From Eledone cirrhosa (lineage: Eukaryota): a stretch of 64,000 nt of DNA. The stretch spans positions 11,470,001-11,534,000 of the forward strand of contig OZ024751.1 of NCBI GenBank assembly GCA_964016885.1, given 5' to 3'. The notes under the pieces were generated by a model. It searched no databases. It was not told the DNA's origin and saw only the letters and a program-made list of their open reading frames with translations. Below, piece by piece: positions 1 through 13,515 of the stretch; position 1 is the stretch's first letter, and each line of letters begins with the position of its first letter. Position numbers and translations under genes: made by a program.

Positions 1-47
<47 letters not shown>

Positions 48-59
48 CATTAGTACTAT

Positions 60-91
<32 letters not shown>

Positions 92-170
92 TTACTACTA
101 CTACTACTATCACCACCACCACCAGCACTACTACTACTACTGCTACTACTACTACTACTACTACTACAAA
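1..170. repeat. (ACT)n microsatellite
   Basis: Direct ACT trinucleotide repeat with a few ACC/ATT variants. Confidence 0.95.
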
Positions 171-1020
171 CAACAACAACATTAAAATATGAAAGTATGA
201 ATATGGAAAATAACAATGATATTCATAATAATAATAATGACAATGACGAAAACTGCAACAACATCAACAACAATCATTATACTGCTGATGACGATGATGA
301 TAATAAAAATAATAGTATTAATGATAGGAGAAGAGAAGGTGGGAATGAATGCTAGTTACTCTTTTATCTCCTCAGCAGCAAGTGTATTTTCAAAAGACAT
401 GCTTAATCTACCCAGTTGAAAAACCGTTACAAGATTGATTACATTCAAAACGATATGAGTCACAAATGAACTAGAAATATTAATAAAAAAAATAATATTC
501 TATATATGAAAGAACATTACTAATGAAAGATAAAAAGACACACACAAATTAGTAATGAAATCTAAAAAAAAATATACATACGAAAGACTGAAAGGAAGAA
601 AGTAAGAAAGAAACATGTAAAAATATAGAGATGCTAGAGAATAAGAGATGTTAGATAAAGACTTAAAGCGGAACGAATCTGACAAAAAAGATAGAAAAGT
701 AAAGAAAAGAAAAACGAAAGTACTTGTAGAAATTAAAAATTATGTTAAAGATAAAATAAATTATTCCCTAAATACATTAAATACACACAAAAAGAAAAGA
801 CTTATGTTCTTGGTAAATATGTCAAATTAAGGATTAAATACTTAAAATAGCGATGAGGGTTCAAAGAATTTCAGATTTTGATACTAATTTTTGCTTTCAT
901 GATCATGAAAGATTCATCATCTTCAGATCAAGAATATGCATGATCAATTAAACGTATGATGAAAGGTGTTTCAGTCACATGCATAAAATTATTTTATTCT
1001 GAAAAGGTTATCCGTGAATA

Positions 1021-1350
1021 GGCGGCCAAGTGGCAGAGCCGTTAGAACGTCGTATAGAAGGCTTTATTGTATTCTTCTGGCACTCTGCTCTGGAGTTCAA
1101 ATCCCACCGAGGTCAACTTTGCCTTTCATCCTTTCCGAGATCGATAAAAAAAGTACCAGTTTAGTACTAGAGTCGATTCTTCCTCTATATCTCTTTCTCC
1201 TTTCCCCTCTCTAACTTTCTATATTTTTCTGGAAGAGATCTGCTTTACTCAGGCCTGGGCTCCGCTAGGTAAAATACCCAAGAAACGCTGTATGTGAATT
1301 CGGCGCCCTTACGACTCTATCGGAAATTATGGGACAATACATACAATACG
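1021..1350 (+). mobile_element. tRNA-derived SINE, long-tail subfamily
   Basis: A-box-like TGGCAGAGCCGTTAG, B box GGAGTTCAAATCCC, core GCCTTTCATCCTTT..GATAAA..AGTACCAG; 3' part (CTCAGGCCTGG...CCAAGAAACGC...ACATAC) matches 57160-57487. Confidence 0.8.
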
Positions 1351-1851
1351 ATCCTAGACATCATTATCCAGTGAAGTTTACTACATTTCAGATATTACGA
1401 CTCACCGTCAAATATAAAATTGATGAGGCCTTCCCAACTTCATACATTTTCGAAGTAATTGTTCGAAATAAACAAGAGAATGCCTCGCCAATTGAAAACG
1501 TATTACCTTTTTTATTATTTTAGATCATCATGTCTTGTAAAGCTACAATAATGTACGTAAGGCTTAAAAGGTGACGGCTAAAAGCAGCTAGAAACGATTG
1601 GTGAAATACTAAAATGGGGTCGCCTGATATACGATAGATGAGGACAGTTCTGTCACCTTTTTTCTGTCTCAAAGTGTAAATTACCTGACATATTCGACTG
1701 AGATTTATAGTTAATCTACATTGTGGAGGCTTTTCAAATATATACGCACACATTCACACATGTACTTAAACACACACAGAGACACATATGCACACACACA
1801 CATACACACACACATGCACACATAGACAGACACACACACACACGAAGACAG

Positions 1852-1884
<33 letters not shown>

Positions 1885-2062
1885 CTTGTGTGTGTGTGAG
1901 AGTAATGCCATTTTTCGCTTTCATGGCAAAATGTTTGTTGCTTAGACCAAGAATATACGACGTGATCAATGAAAGTTATGATGAAATGCGTTAGGTTGAA
2001 ACGTCGGTACTCCAAACTAACGAAACGTACTTTAAGGCTTCGTTGTAGTACTGCCCTTAGCA

Positions 2063-2109
<47 letters not shown>

Positions 2110-2635
2110 TATTTCTATATTTAAACAACAATTTTAGCCACATTTTTAAAGTCAAATACAGTAAGAACTTTGTAACGCGAACAGGCGCGACATTTATTAT
2201 ACTTATTCACGTGACCTTTATCAACCAATCAAATTATTTTTTTAAAAACCCGCCAAATCGAGTCACTCTTTCCACATAAAACAGAAATGAACATCAACCA
2301 GTGCGAGAAAAACCACAAGCCCTCCATCTCAATTCTAATTTTGAAAAGCATAAGAACTGTGAAACCGGTAAAAGAAAAAAATAAATATTCTTAAAAAGAC
2401 TCCAGTTGCATTCTCAATTTTTACCCCTTATATTCGTGTACGACATCTCGTCTTATTAATAAAAAAACTTATTTTCTTATATCTATATATCTGTGTGTGT
2501 GTGTGTGATTTATTTTCTCGATTAAATGTAGTTTACATATATTCTTGCCTATTGTACTGGATATTATACTGTCTCTTGTAAGAAAACTACACACATACAG
2601 ACACACACACAAACACACACACAAACACACACACA

Positions 2636-2714
<79 letters not shown>

Positions 2715-3157
2715 TCACACACTCAAAGAAAATAGTAAGCTAATGAGAAAAATGATTAAAAAAGTGTTACTTTGTAAAGTAAACCTTTTATATGCGTTTC
2801 ACATATATATGACTGTGTACTACAAGAAAAGAACTATAGATAAATACCATAAAAATGATAGAATATAATATATGAAATATAAAATATCATATAAAAATGT
2901 CATGAGATTGTCGTTGTTATTGTTATAGTTTTTTGCTTGTTCTGACTGTTTGGATTCAATTTACTTAAGAGGTGTGGGAAGAAAAACCACCATTTTAGAC
3001 TTGAGTTCATGAATGTAATGCGAACCACGCGATTGTCGCCATCACTAGAATTATATCGGAATAACATTGCGCAGAAATCACATACGACTACATGTATATA
3101 TGGATGCATAAGCGTATTTACATGGTGGCATACATAGATACAAATATACATACACAC

Positions 3158-3275
<118 letters not shown>

Positions 3276-3465
3276 AGCAAAAAGGGAAAATGCAGGCAAA
3301 TATTACAAAAATGAAATCATAATATGTATATTGAATACTTACATTCACAGATGCATAAATATTTGACACACACACATATATATATATACAGATTTATTTA
3401 TACATACTTATATACATATTACGTTTATATATATATATATATAAATTATATATATATAGATATAT

Positions 3466-3527
<62 letters not shown>

Positions 3528-4119
3528 TTATATATATATATATATATGGAAATATATGATATATTTATTTGTATATATAAAAATTATATATATATATATA
3601 TATATGGAAATATATGATATATTTATTTATGTATATGTATTAGATAAACATGAATAAAAAACAAAGCTGAAAACAAACACTGATTCTAGGGAAATGGTAA
3701 GTTGTAGAAGAGTTAGAGATAAAATATATAATATGGGAATCTTGCCTGTCCGTGTTTCAGTTCGTTTGTTATTGTTTTGTATTTACTTTGATTCATACAG
3801 GAAGAGACTCATGTCCCGTGTTTTTTCTTTTATTTTTGAAGTGTTAGACAAGTATATATGCTGAAAATACAGTTGTAAACTTATACATATACCTCCACAC
3901 TCAGCGATACACGCATGATTATATTAATATATATATATATATGTATATGTGTGTATATATATATATATATTTATATATATATGGAGGAGGGTTAGTTGGA
4001 GGAGGGACGCGGTGTCAAAATATCATCATTCTGTTAATCCACGTGTGACACGCGTTTCGCGTCGGATCAGCTCAATGTGCAATCGACTTTAGAATCGATA
4101 GCTCACCAGCTATCATTAT

Positions 4120-4506
4120 GATTCGAGGTTAACTTTGCCTTTTATCCTTACGTGTCGATAAAATAAAGTACCAGTAATGTACTGGGTTTTTGCTGGCCTT
4201 GTGCCTAAAGAAGAAATAATTATGATTAAGGGCGGTGGATTGGTAGTAACGGTAGAAGGTCGGACGCCATGCTTTTCAGCATAGAGTTACGACCCTTTAC
4301 AGTGTGAGTTCAATTCCCGCCGTGGTCAACTTTGCTTTTCATCGTTACGGGGTCGATAACATAAGGTACCAGTAATGCACTGGGTAATTGCTGGTCTTGT
4401 GCCAAATGTATGTACAATTATGATTAAGTGCAGTGTATTGGCAGTATCGGTAGAGGATCGGACGCCATGCTTTGCAACATAGAGATGTAGCACTTTATGG
4501 TCTGAG
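4120..4506 (+). mobile_element. Tandem cluster of three tRNA-SINE copies (partial, full, head only)
   Basis: Repeated GGCGGTGGATTGGYAGTA..GGTAGA head, GAGTTCAATTCCCGCC B box, GTCGATAA..AGTACCAGTAATG core, and an ATTATGATT motif between copies. Confidence 0.85.
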
Positions 4507-4528
4507 TGTGTGTGCGTGTGTGTGTGTG

Positions 4529-4672
4529 TATCCCCGGTTCAATCGGGGGTAACCACACTAAGTAAGGTACTCAATAGTCAGTTTAATATAATGTTTAATA
4601 TGGCTTTCCTATTGATTTCCTTCGAATGAAACAGTTCTAGTCCGGTAGAACCCATTTCTATATTAAACATTA
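4529..4672 (-). mobile_element. Family C short element (Penelope-like 3' tail) with small inverted arm
   Basis: Shares TATTGAGTACCTTACTTA..GGTTACCCCGATTGAACC with 7228-7285, 27617-27695 and 61370-61432; embedded in microsatellite. Confidence 0.6.
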
Positions 4673-4697
4673 TAAATATATATATATATATATATAT

Positions 4698-4890
4698 AGG
4701 AACGAGTAGGACCCCGACGGCTGAGCTCAAGCCGTTTCGACGGCTAATTCTGGACAGAATTAGCCGTCAAAACGGCTTGAGCTCAGCCGTCGGGGTCCTA
4801 CTCGTTCCTGTTACCCACTCTACTACCCTAAGTATTGAGTTCTTTGGTGCGTTATGGTCCACCTGGTTCCTTACCACATTTCCTCCGTTA
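4698..4890 (+). mobile_element. Family A fold-back element with 3' half of a hammerhead (GAAA-stem III-GUC), in (TA)n
   Basis: Inverted arms 4698-4752 and 4755-4809, then tail ...GTATTGAGTTCTTTGGTGCG...CGTTA; same family at 16779, 20285, 20596, 28075, 48465, 58800, 63617. Confidence 0.8.
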
Positions 4891-5011
4891 TATATATATA
4901 TATTAGTAAGGAGTGAAATACACATAATTATATGTGTCTGGTAATGTGGTTTTATATCACCTATTATCGGACATAAATATTTATGTTTATTTATTTCTCC
5001 TTACTGTGTTG

Positions 5012-5063
5012 TCAAGGAACGAACTACGACCTCTTTATAAAGAGGTCGTAGTTCGTTCCTTGA
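5012..5063. repeat. Perfect 52-bp palindrome
   Basis: TCAAGGAACGAACTACGACCTCTTTA|TAAAGAGGTCGTAGTTCGTTCCTTGA. Confidence 0.95.
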
Positions 5064-5377
5064 GCTTATTTGGTTGTAGGGTATCATTGAGTTTTTAACT
5101 TGACATTTTCATTTGATATATATATACATGCACCAACACAAGCACGCACGCACGCACGCACGCACGCGCGCACGCACACACACACACACACACACACACA
5201 GAAATATATATATATATGCATGTCCGTTTATCATTGGATGTTCTGAAAATAACACACCATTTAATACCAAAGTAGATTCAAATAGTAGTTATATATGTGT
5301 GTGTGTTTGTTTAAGAATGTCCGTATGTCAGCATGAAAACAGATATTAGACAAGGTCCCTTTACGTTATGATTATAG

Positions 5378-5425
<48 letters not shown>

Positions 5426-5995
5426 CCGGAGCTAATAGACATCTGGGTGTTATTATTAAGTAATCATATTTTCATTAAATCTCCTTACGTAATAAAAATC
5501 TAGAGTTCTCTCTATCATTAAGATATCACTGTTCGAATATTCTCTGAGTAGCTACTTATTTAGGTTAGTTTGACCTACAGCTATGTCATTATGACTGTAA
5601 TATATATTTATTTTATTTTACTGAGTGGGTGGATCGCATTAAGGCGGTGCAGGGCGGAATGTATAGAGTACAGGAGGAAACTTGTTCGGTAATATAATAT
5701 TTTATTCTCTATTTTCTCCTCATAATTCTTTTATATTTTTCAATCATTAGAGTGCGGCCATATTGTAAAACTTTTCTTACATGATTTTGCCCATTATATC
5801 GACCCTAGTTGTCAAGTCTTGTTTTATCTTGTTGCTTGTTTCATCGATCTGTTTCCGTTGTATCTTTTAATGTGACAAGATGTAAACAAACATTAATGTA
5901 ATGTGGGAGGGACAGACACATCCACTCACACACATCCACGCACACACACACACACATACACCCCGACCCCACGCACACACACACACATACACACA

Positions 5996-7134
5996 CATAT
6001 ATATAAAACAGAGGATGTCTCTCTGTCTGTGTAAATTCCTAAAACTCGAGATGTACCCGACGAATTTTTTTCAATCTTTACACAAGCGTTTCTTATATTT
6101 CTTCAAGTGCAAAGGGCTAAACATTTCCACTTTTTCTGTCCTAGGGACCGCATTAGGCGAAAAACCGCATTTTAAAGGCATTTTTAGACTTATTTGAGGC
6201 GATAACCCAGCCGATATCCTCAAAATTTCCAGCACACATTAGTTACTCCACTTTCATTGCCATGGACAAAAATATTTCCAATTCCATTAATAGTTTCTAG
6301 GAATTTTACGATATAGCATTGGGCATTACATACCTTTTTAATTTTCAATATAAACGCTACTTAAACATCGTAAGTAGCGTTTAATATTTCGTTAACAATT
6401 TGGTTTATTTAACAGAGGACACAACACTTACTTACGTTTAAGCAGGACCATTTATTGAAGAAATGAGGAGGACCGTAATATTTTTTCGGCGCCCTGTTGA
6501 CGCTTCGTGCTTTCATCACGCGCAAATCCGGGCCCTCTGTCATTGCCGTGTTATTGACACCGTAAAACCCACGTCTGTGCTACTTCTACTAAGACCCCTT
6601 TTGTTGCACCTACACCGCAGTATGAACGCCCTGCGCAAGTACGCCGAACAGTGGTAGCGCTAATTCCGCGGTGACCCCTATTGTCGCACCTTTGTTGCTG
6701 TGTAAAAGCAGTGCAACCAGTGCCGTCCAGCGTTTGAGCTAATTGCACTATGGCTCCCTTCTCCTGCAGCTGCGTTGCCACGCTGATTTCGTCATTTCAA
6801 TAAAACTACTTAAACGTACATCCCTACTTGGTTTTCACACAATTGACTACGTCGCTCCTTCAGACTGACGTGTATTCCTCATCCGTGACGTAATTCGTGA
6901 ACAGACTTACGACATACTTCGCCCCATAACACTTACTTACTCCTTTCGCATACAGGATTTCCGCAATCAGCCCACTGATAATGCTACTACTGGATTCAGC
7001 CTGCTGGTGTTCTACGTTTCCAGTAGATGAACAAATATTCCCTGAGAATAAAGGAATTCAAAAAGTACACAGCTACATTCCTCAATCTTTGCCTATGCGT
7101 TTCCTACCCCGTGCAACGGCGGGTCCTACTGCTA

Positions 7135-7135
<1 letters not shown>
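5996..7135 (+). mobile_element. Non-autonomous Helitron-like element
   Basis: 5' TATATATAAAACAGAG..TGTCT start; 3' GC-rich hairpin CCCGTGCAACGGCGGG followed by CTAG|T; ends and internal GGACCGCATTAGGCGA shared with 47703-48450. Confidence 0.75.
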
Positions 7136-7167
<32 letters not shown>

Positions 7168-7309
7168 TGTGTGTGTGTGTTTTTGTGTGTGTGAATATAT
7201 ATGTATCAGTCTATCTCTCTGAGTTTGTGTATCCCGGGTTCAATGAGGGATAACCTCAGTAAGTAAGGTACTCAATACATAACAGAATACAAATGCATTG
7301 TTGCATAAT

Positions 7310-7520
7310 AAATGCAGGCAGTGGATGCTGTAAACTGTATTGCTGCCTTAAGTGTGGCCGAAACTCGAGTACGGGTGTAGATTAAAGGTGCCCATTTACG
7401 TATGTTGTATTGGAGCGAATAACTAAGTGTCTACTTTGGAAATTTACATTTCCTGTTGAGTACACTGAGATGCAGCTGGTACTAGTAGTGAAACCCATTC
7501 TAGTCTCGTCAACTTATTAT
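7310..7520 (+). mobile_element. Short element with hammerhead 3' half, ATTAAA and TTGAGT tail
   Basis: GAA-ACTCGAGT-A at 7360-7371 (palindromic stem III, GUA), ATTAAA at 7381, TTGAGTAC at 7456, ends in (TA)n; no CUGANGA core seen. Confidence 0.5.
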
Positions 7521-7547
7521 TATATATATATACATACATACATAAAC

Positions 7548-7578
<31 letters not shown>

Positions 7579-7919
7579 TACAAATATATATATATATATA
7601 AAAGTGTGTGTGAGTATGGCTAGAAAGTCGGTAATTTTTCTAGGCAGTCTTCGTTGATTAAAAAAAAATTAGTCGTTTACTTTAAATATTAAGACCCCCA
7701 TCCCATTCTATTTATTTCATAACGTATGTGATTTCTGGTAATGTACTTTTATTGTCATATATAATGTTCTTTAATGTCTTAAGAAAATTTATTGTCGCTG
7801 GAATGCCACCACTTAAAATAAAATTTCATGGGAAGTTGATTAGCAAAATTTAATAAGCCGGAGTGGGGGAATAAAGCGAGGGATGGGAGGAAAAACATTT
7901 GAAAAATTAATAAGCATAG

Positions 7920-8450
7920 TGGGTATGATTATTCGATACCCGAGATTACAGTCAGAAAAGTACTGTTAATCAAAACCCATATTGAGGTTCCAAGACAGTA
8001 GAAGATCCAATAATTCTTATATTTTATCTGCTTACAAACCATCTATAATGATTTCTAATTTAGGCACAAGGCCAATAATATTTTTAGGAAATCGTACCCG
8101 TAAGGATGAAAGGCAAAGCTAATCTCGGCTTGATTTGATCTAAGAACGTAAAGAGACGTAACACTATGTCGCAAAGCATATTGCCCACTCTTTTTTTTAC
8201 AACATAATAGTTTCTGATTTAGGCACAAGGCCAATAATTTTAGTGGAGGAGAAGTCTATGAATCCTTACGGGTACGATTTCCAAAAAAATTTATTGGCCT
8301 TGTGCCTAAATTAGAAATCATTATAGATGGTTTGTAAGCAGATAAAATATAAGAATTATTGGATCTTCTACTGTCTATGGAACCTCAATATGGGTTTTGA
8401 TTAACAGTACTTTTCTGACTGTAATCTCGGGTATCGAATAATCATACCCC
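7920..8450. repeat. Inverted duplication with about 190-bp arms
   Basis: 7920-8107 is the near-exact reverse complement of 8262-8450 (unique flank plus SINE tail). Confidence 0.9.
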
Positions 8451-8810
8451 CTAATGCATTACTGGTACTTTATTTTATCGAACCCGTAGGGATCAATGGC
8501 AAAGCTAACCTCGGCGGTATTTTAATTCAGAACGTTATGGGCCGTAATTCTCTGCTGTAAAACCTGATCTCTGACGTTGAACGATATTGCCATTCCACCG
8601 CCCTACAAACCATCTATAATAATTGATTCTATTTTTTGACACAAGGCCAGCAATTATCTCAGTGCATTACTGGTACTATTTTATCGACCCCGTAAGGGTG
8701 AAAGGCAAAGTTAACCTCGGCGGGATTTGAACTCAGACCGTAAAGGGAAATAACTCTGTGTTGGAAAGTATGGTGTCCGACCCTCTACCGATACTACCAA
8801 TCAACCGCCC
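8450..8810 (-). mobile_element. Two tandem tRNA-SINE copies
   Basis: Reverse complement of SINE head and core (TACTGGTACTTTATTTTATCG..GGCAAAG.TAACCTCGGCGG..CCGCCC). Confidence 0.85.
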
Positions 8811-9119
8811 TTCTATAATAACTTATCTCTGACTGTGCTGGCTTCCCATTTGTTCAATTTCGTTGTTTGTAAAAAATTTCTATTGAAACCGAACTATAAA
8901 TGTTTTGCTTTTCATAACGACTGGTCCTTTGCAATTCACATGATGATCTCCCCTTTATTTTTCTTGCCCCCTAAATTTCTCCCTTTGATTCCGATTACTT
9001 CATTTATATTATGTCTCCGTTGCCTTCCCCCCACCTGTTTTTCCTCCATTTATTAGTTTTGTTTGACGATCACATTAATGACCGAGAAATCTTTGATTGT
9101 ATACACCCGATGCTTTTCT

Positions 9120-9420
9120 ACCCTTCTCTACTCCTCTCTCTTTCTCACTTTCTTACATCCTCTCTATTTTACTCCTCATCTTTCTCATTCTCTCCCCTGT
9201 CTCTTTCTCTCCCAATCTCTCTTTCTCTCCCCTCTCTTTTTCTTTCATTCTCAACACCTCTCACTTTCAACCCCTCTGTCATTCTCCATTTCCCACCTCC
9301 TTTCTTATTCTGTCAGCCTCTCTTTTTCTCACACTCTCTTTCCAACCCCTCTCTCTTTCTCACCTCTCACTCTTTCTTTCCCTCTCTTCTCTCCCTTCCT
9401 CTCTACCTCTCTCTCTCTGT
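9120..9420. repeat. CT-rich low-complexity tract
   Basis: Degenerate (CT)n / polypyrimidine. Confidence 0.8.
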
Positions 9421-9819
9421 TTTCATGTTTGATTTCCATATTGTTTGCTTCAGTATAGACGTCCATATATGAGATATTTACGTCCATATATGAGAAATAT
9501 ATGTGAATAGTGCAGCTGTTATAGAGATAGACTGGTTGTTTTATCTGATTTACCCTGTTAATATCGATGCTTGTATCTATTTACAATAGGTGTATGCTAA
9601 CAAAATATGTAATATTTTGTTTTTATTGATGTGACTGGTATTTCAGCGTACCAGACCTATCTGAACTCACAGGTCCAAGTGCCGCAATTTACAGTTATCC
9701 GTTTAATTAAAGGGCGGTCCATAGAAGAAATTTCTATCGATTCGAATATCACTCTTTCATCCACATATTCCGCCCCTGTCTCTCTCTCTCTACTCTATAT
9801 ATATACACATACATATACG

Positions 9820-9901
<82 letters not shown>

Positions 9902-9948
9902 CACATATATATATAAATATATACACATACATAGATACATGTATGTAA

Positions 9949-9979
<31 letters not shown>

Positions 9980-10088
9980 CACACATACATATACGTATGT
10001 ATATATATATATACGTATATACATATATATATAAATATATACACATACATAGATACACCTATGTATATATATATATATATATATATAA

Positions 10089-10143
<55 letters not shown>

Positions 10144-10205
10144 TGTATATATATATGTATATCAAATACGTATATATTTATATACGTATATATATATATT
10201 ATATA

Positions 10206-10302
<97 letters not shown>

Positions 10303-10502
10303 TTGAAAAAAAATGAAAACGAAATTTCATTTCTCACTCTTAGTATGGCACTTACTTAAATGTAAGTATGTATGTATGTATATCGTTTTCGGTATGCCTG
10401 ACCGATTTAACTCACTCAATATGCAAATTAGGCTGCTCAGCCGTTAATTTTCATAAGGAAAGTATATACTTTCGAACGTTCAACTATCTGGCAGATGGGT
10501 AA

Positions 10503-10545
10503 ACGGTGCTGATGATAGCTAACAAGCTTGAAACTAGTACATCGT
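10503..10545 (+). ncRNA. Type I hammerhead ribozyme (copy 1)
   Basis: ACGGTG-CTGATGA-T-AGC(TAACAA)GCT-T-GAA-ACTAGT-A-CATCGT: 6-bp stem I, palindromic stem III, GUA cleavage triplet. Confidence 0.82.
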
Positions 10546-10708
10546 TCCTGTGTCAGTGTTGAACAAAAAGGTGACGTGGTTGCCTTAACACCGTATGGCA
10601 TAAATTCGGGCTATTCGCTTTGTTGACAAACAAACGAACAAAGCGGCCGGCGTTATAATAAACGTCGGCTAAACTGATGCGTGCATATATGTATGTGTAC
10701 CTGTATGC

Positions 10709-10801
<93 letters not shown>

Positions 10802-11038
10802 TGCTACTGTACGTCTGTATACATATATGTATGTACGTATACATACATACTTACATTTAAGTAAGTGCCATACTAAGAGTGAGAAGTGAAATTTCGTTTT
10901 CATTTTTTTTTCAACTTATCGTTTTCGGTATGCCTGACCGATTTAACTCACTCAATATGCAAATTAGGCTGCTCAGCCGTTAATTTTCATAAGGAAAGTA
11001 TATACTTTCGAACGTTCAACTATCTGGCAGATGGGTAA

Positions 11039-11081
11039 ACGGTGCTGATGATAGCTAACAAGCTTGAAACTAGTACATCGT
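11039..11081 (+). ncRNA. Type I hammerhead ribozyme (copy 2)
   Basis: Identical to 10503-10545. Confidence 0.82.
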
Positions 11082-11255
11082 TCCTGTGTCAGTGTTGAAC
11101 AAAAAGGTGACGTGGTTGCTTTAACACCGTATGGCATAAATTCGGGCTGTTCGCTTTGTTGACAAACAAACGAACAAAGCGGCCGGCGTTTTAATAAACG
11201 TCGGCTAAACTGATGCGTGCATATATGTATGTGTACCTGTATGCATATGTGTATA

Positions 11256-11299
<44 letters not shown>

Positions 11300-11535
11300 T
11301 TCTACTGTACGTCTGTATACATATATGTATGTACGTATACATACATACTTACATTTAAGTAAGTGCCATACTAAGAGTGAGAAATGAAATTTCGTTTTCA
11401 TTTTTTTTCAACTTATCGTTTTCGGTATGCTTGACCGATTTAACTCACTCAATATGCAAATTAGGCTGCTCAGCCGTTAATTTTCATAAGGAAAGTATAT
11501 ACTTTCGAACGTTCAACTATCTGGCAGATGGGTAA

Positions 11536-11578
11536 ACGGTGCTGATGATAGCTAACAAGCTTGAAACTAGTACATCGT
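11536..11578 (+). ncRNA. Type I hammerhead ribozyme (copy 3)
   Basis: Identical to 10503-10545. Confidence 0.82.
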
Positions 11579-11752
11579 TCCTGTGTCAGTGTTGAACAAA
11601 AAGGTGACGTGGTTGCCTTAACACCGTATGGCATAAATTCGGGCTGTTCGCTTTGTTGACAAACAAACGAACAAAGCGGCCGGCGTTATAATAAACGTCG
11701 GCTAAACTGATGCGTGCATATATGTATGTGTACCTGTATGCATATGTGTATA

Positions 11753-11836
<84 letters not shown>

Positions 11837-13054
11837 ATATATATATGGATAATAAATGTATCAACTACGTTAGTTTGCAATCTGTGTAATATGCGGGATT
11901 TAGATTTTAAAAAAGATTTTTCTTGAAATGATATCAGATCGTATTAAAACTCCATTAATTTTCCTGTAAAATGATATTTTTTCATTACAAAAAGTATTAC
12001 TATCAATTACAAAATGGCCAGCGACTTCACCCAGGGATAAATACGTCGAAATGTTTGGTTTGTGACATACCTAGATCTTACTCAACACCGATAGCAGAAG
12101 AAAAAAAAAGAAAAAATAGCATTTCGACTAACAAATGAGTAGTGGAATTAAAGATAATTATATTATACTATCCTATAATCTCTGACCATGTAACAAAATA
12201 CCCGGAAAATATAATTAAATGAAGTGGATTAACTATTGTGACATGAAGTCTCTGAGATGGCTGTTAATATTTAGGGTTTGCTTAAGATTTTATTTGTATA
12301 TCTTCCGAAATGCATAGCGAATCTGCGATAGATAATTTTCTAATGCCTTTTTTGGATAAGGATTATGTTTGGATGGAATATCTGTCGGGTATAGAAAGCC
12401 ACTAAGTATAAATCCTGCCGTTAACCAAAACGTATTTCCCGTAGATTAGATCACATTTAATCGCCAGTGATTTAGAAGGTTTCAGAAGACTCCAACATGC
12501 GCTTGGAATAAATATATTTCAACAGATAAGCTTCAGGATAATAGCAGAGAGGGGGCATTTTAAATTCATTGACCATCACATTGGAATTAAACGTACGTGT
12601 ATATTGAAAAATATCGAAAATCTCAGAAGAGAAAATTGGAAATTGTGTTTGTAGGAATTATATAATAGATTAGAAAATCCATTTAATTTTCTTTGATAAG
12701 AGGAATGCTAGTTTGATTTGATATTTCCTCATTGTTAGTGTGTTGTTTTCTTTCAACAAAACATTTAATTCTGCTTTCGCTTAGCATTGCTTTGGTAGAT
12801 TCATGTTCAGATACAGAGACTATAGGTATATGTCACAGGTGTTGTACCTGGACACGATTACCATCATCAGACAAAACACTAGAATTACCGGAAAAAAATT
12901 ACAGCCAGAGGCCATATTTGAGAAAACATAAATAGTTCGGTGTTAAGATTAAGATTTTTATTTTAGAAAGCAAAAATATTTTAAGTTATACGAATAGTTT
13001 TATCGCTCTACGTGGCTGAATACAAGAAATAAATATATCTGACTTTCTGAATAT

Positions 13055-13240
13055 TAATAATTGTTTCTACTTTTGGCACAAGGCCAGCAATTATCCCAGT
13101 GCATTTCTGGTACTTTATTATATCGGCCCTGTAAAGATGAAAGGCAAAGTTAACCTCGGTGGGATTTGAAATCCGAACATAAAGGGTCGTAACAACTATA
13201 TGCTGCAAAGCAGGGTGTCGATTCTCTATCGATACTGCCA
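13055..13240 (-). mobile_element. tRNA-SINE with TSD (AATATTAATAAT)
   Basis: Near full-length SINE on minus strand; AATATTAATAAT on both sides. Confidence 0.85.
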
Positions 13241-13446
13241 AATATTAATAATAATATTCGATTCGTCTGCAATTGTGCAAACAGCCGCTAAGCCATGTGA
13301 ATAGAATGACATAGGCATTCTCGTACATTTGTTGGCATATAAACATTTATATTCCAACACAAGAGCGAGAATGTCGAGATCATTCAATTCACATGGTTTA
13401 AGAGGCTTTTTGCATAATTGGAAATGAATCGAATATTATTATTAAT

Positions 13447-13515
13447 TCGATAAAATAAAGTACCAGTAATGCACTGGATAATTGCTGGCCTTGTGCCAAA
13501 TGTAGAAACAATTAT
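13447..13515 (+). mobile_element. 5'-truncated SINE tail
   Basis: CGATAAAATAAAGTACCAGTAATGCACTGG..GGCCTTGTGCCAAA..GAAACAATTATT. Confidence 0.8.

Larger units (their letters stand above)
10300..11760 (+). repeat. Tandem triplication of a 500-540 bp hammerhead-containing unit (retrozyme-like), preceded by an inverted 80-bp segment
   Basis: Units start at about 10381, 10917 and 11414 (TATCGTTTTCGGTATGC) and are near identical except for SNPs and (TA)n length; 10300-10380 is the reverse complement of the unit's 3' segment. Confidence 0.92.

Noticed and set aside
4040-4080. Minus-strand GAAACGCGTG hammerhead half
   Set aside because: G at the cleavage position and no core found
4230-4325. tRNA gene from A/B boxes
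   Set aside because: The boxes belong to SINE heads and there is no cloverleaf
10381-11760. CRISPR-like or coding tandem repeat (ORFs MKTKFHFS...)
   Set aside because: No unique spacers or cas genes; the ORFs run through (TA)n
12820-12915. Minus-strand MASGCNFFPVILVFCLMMVIVS signal-peptide-like ORF
   Set aside because: Only about 31 codons, weak splice donor, no partner exons found
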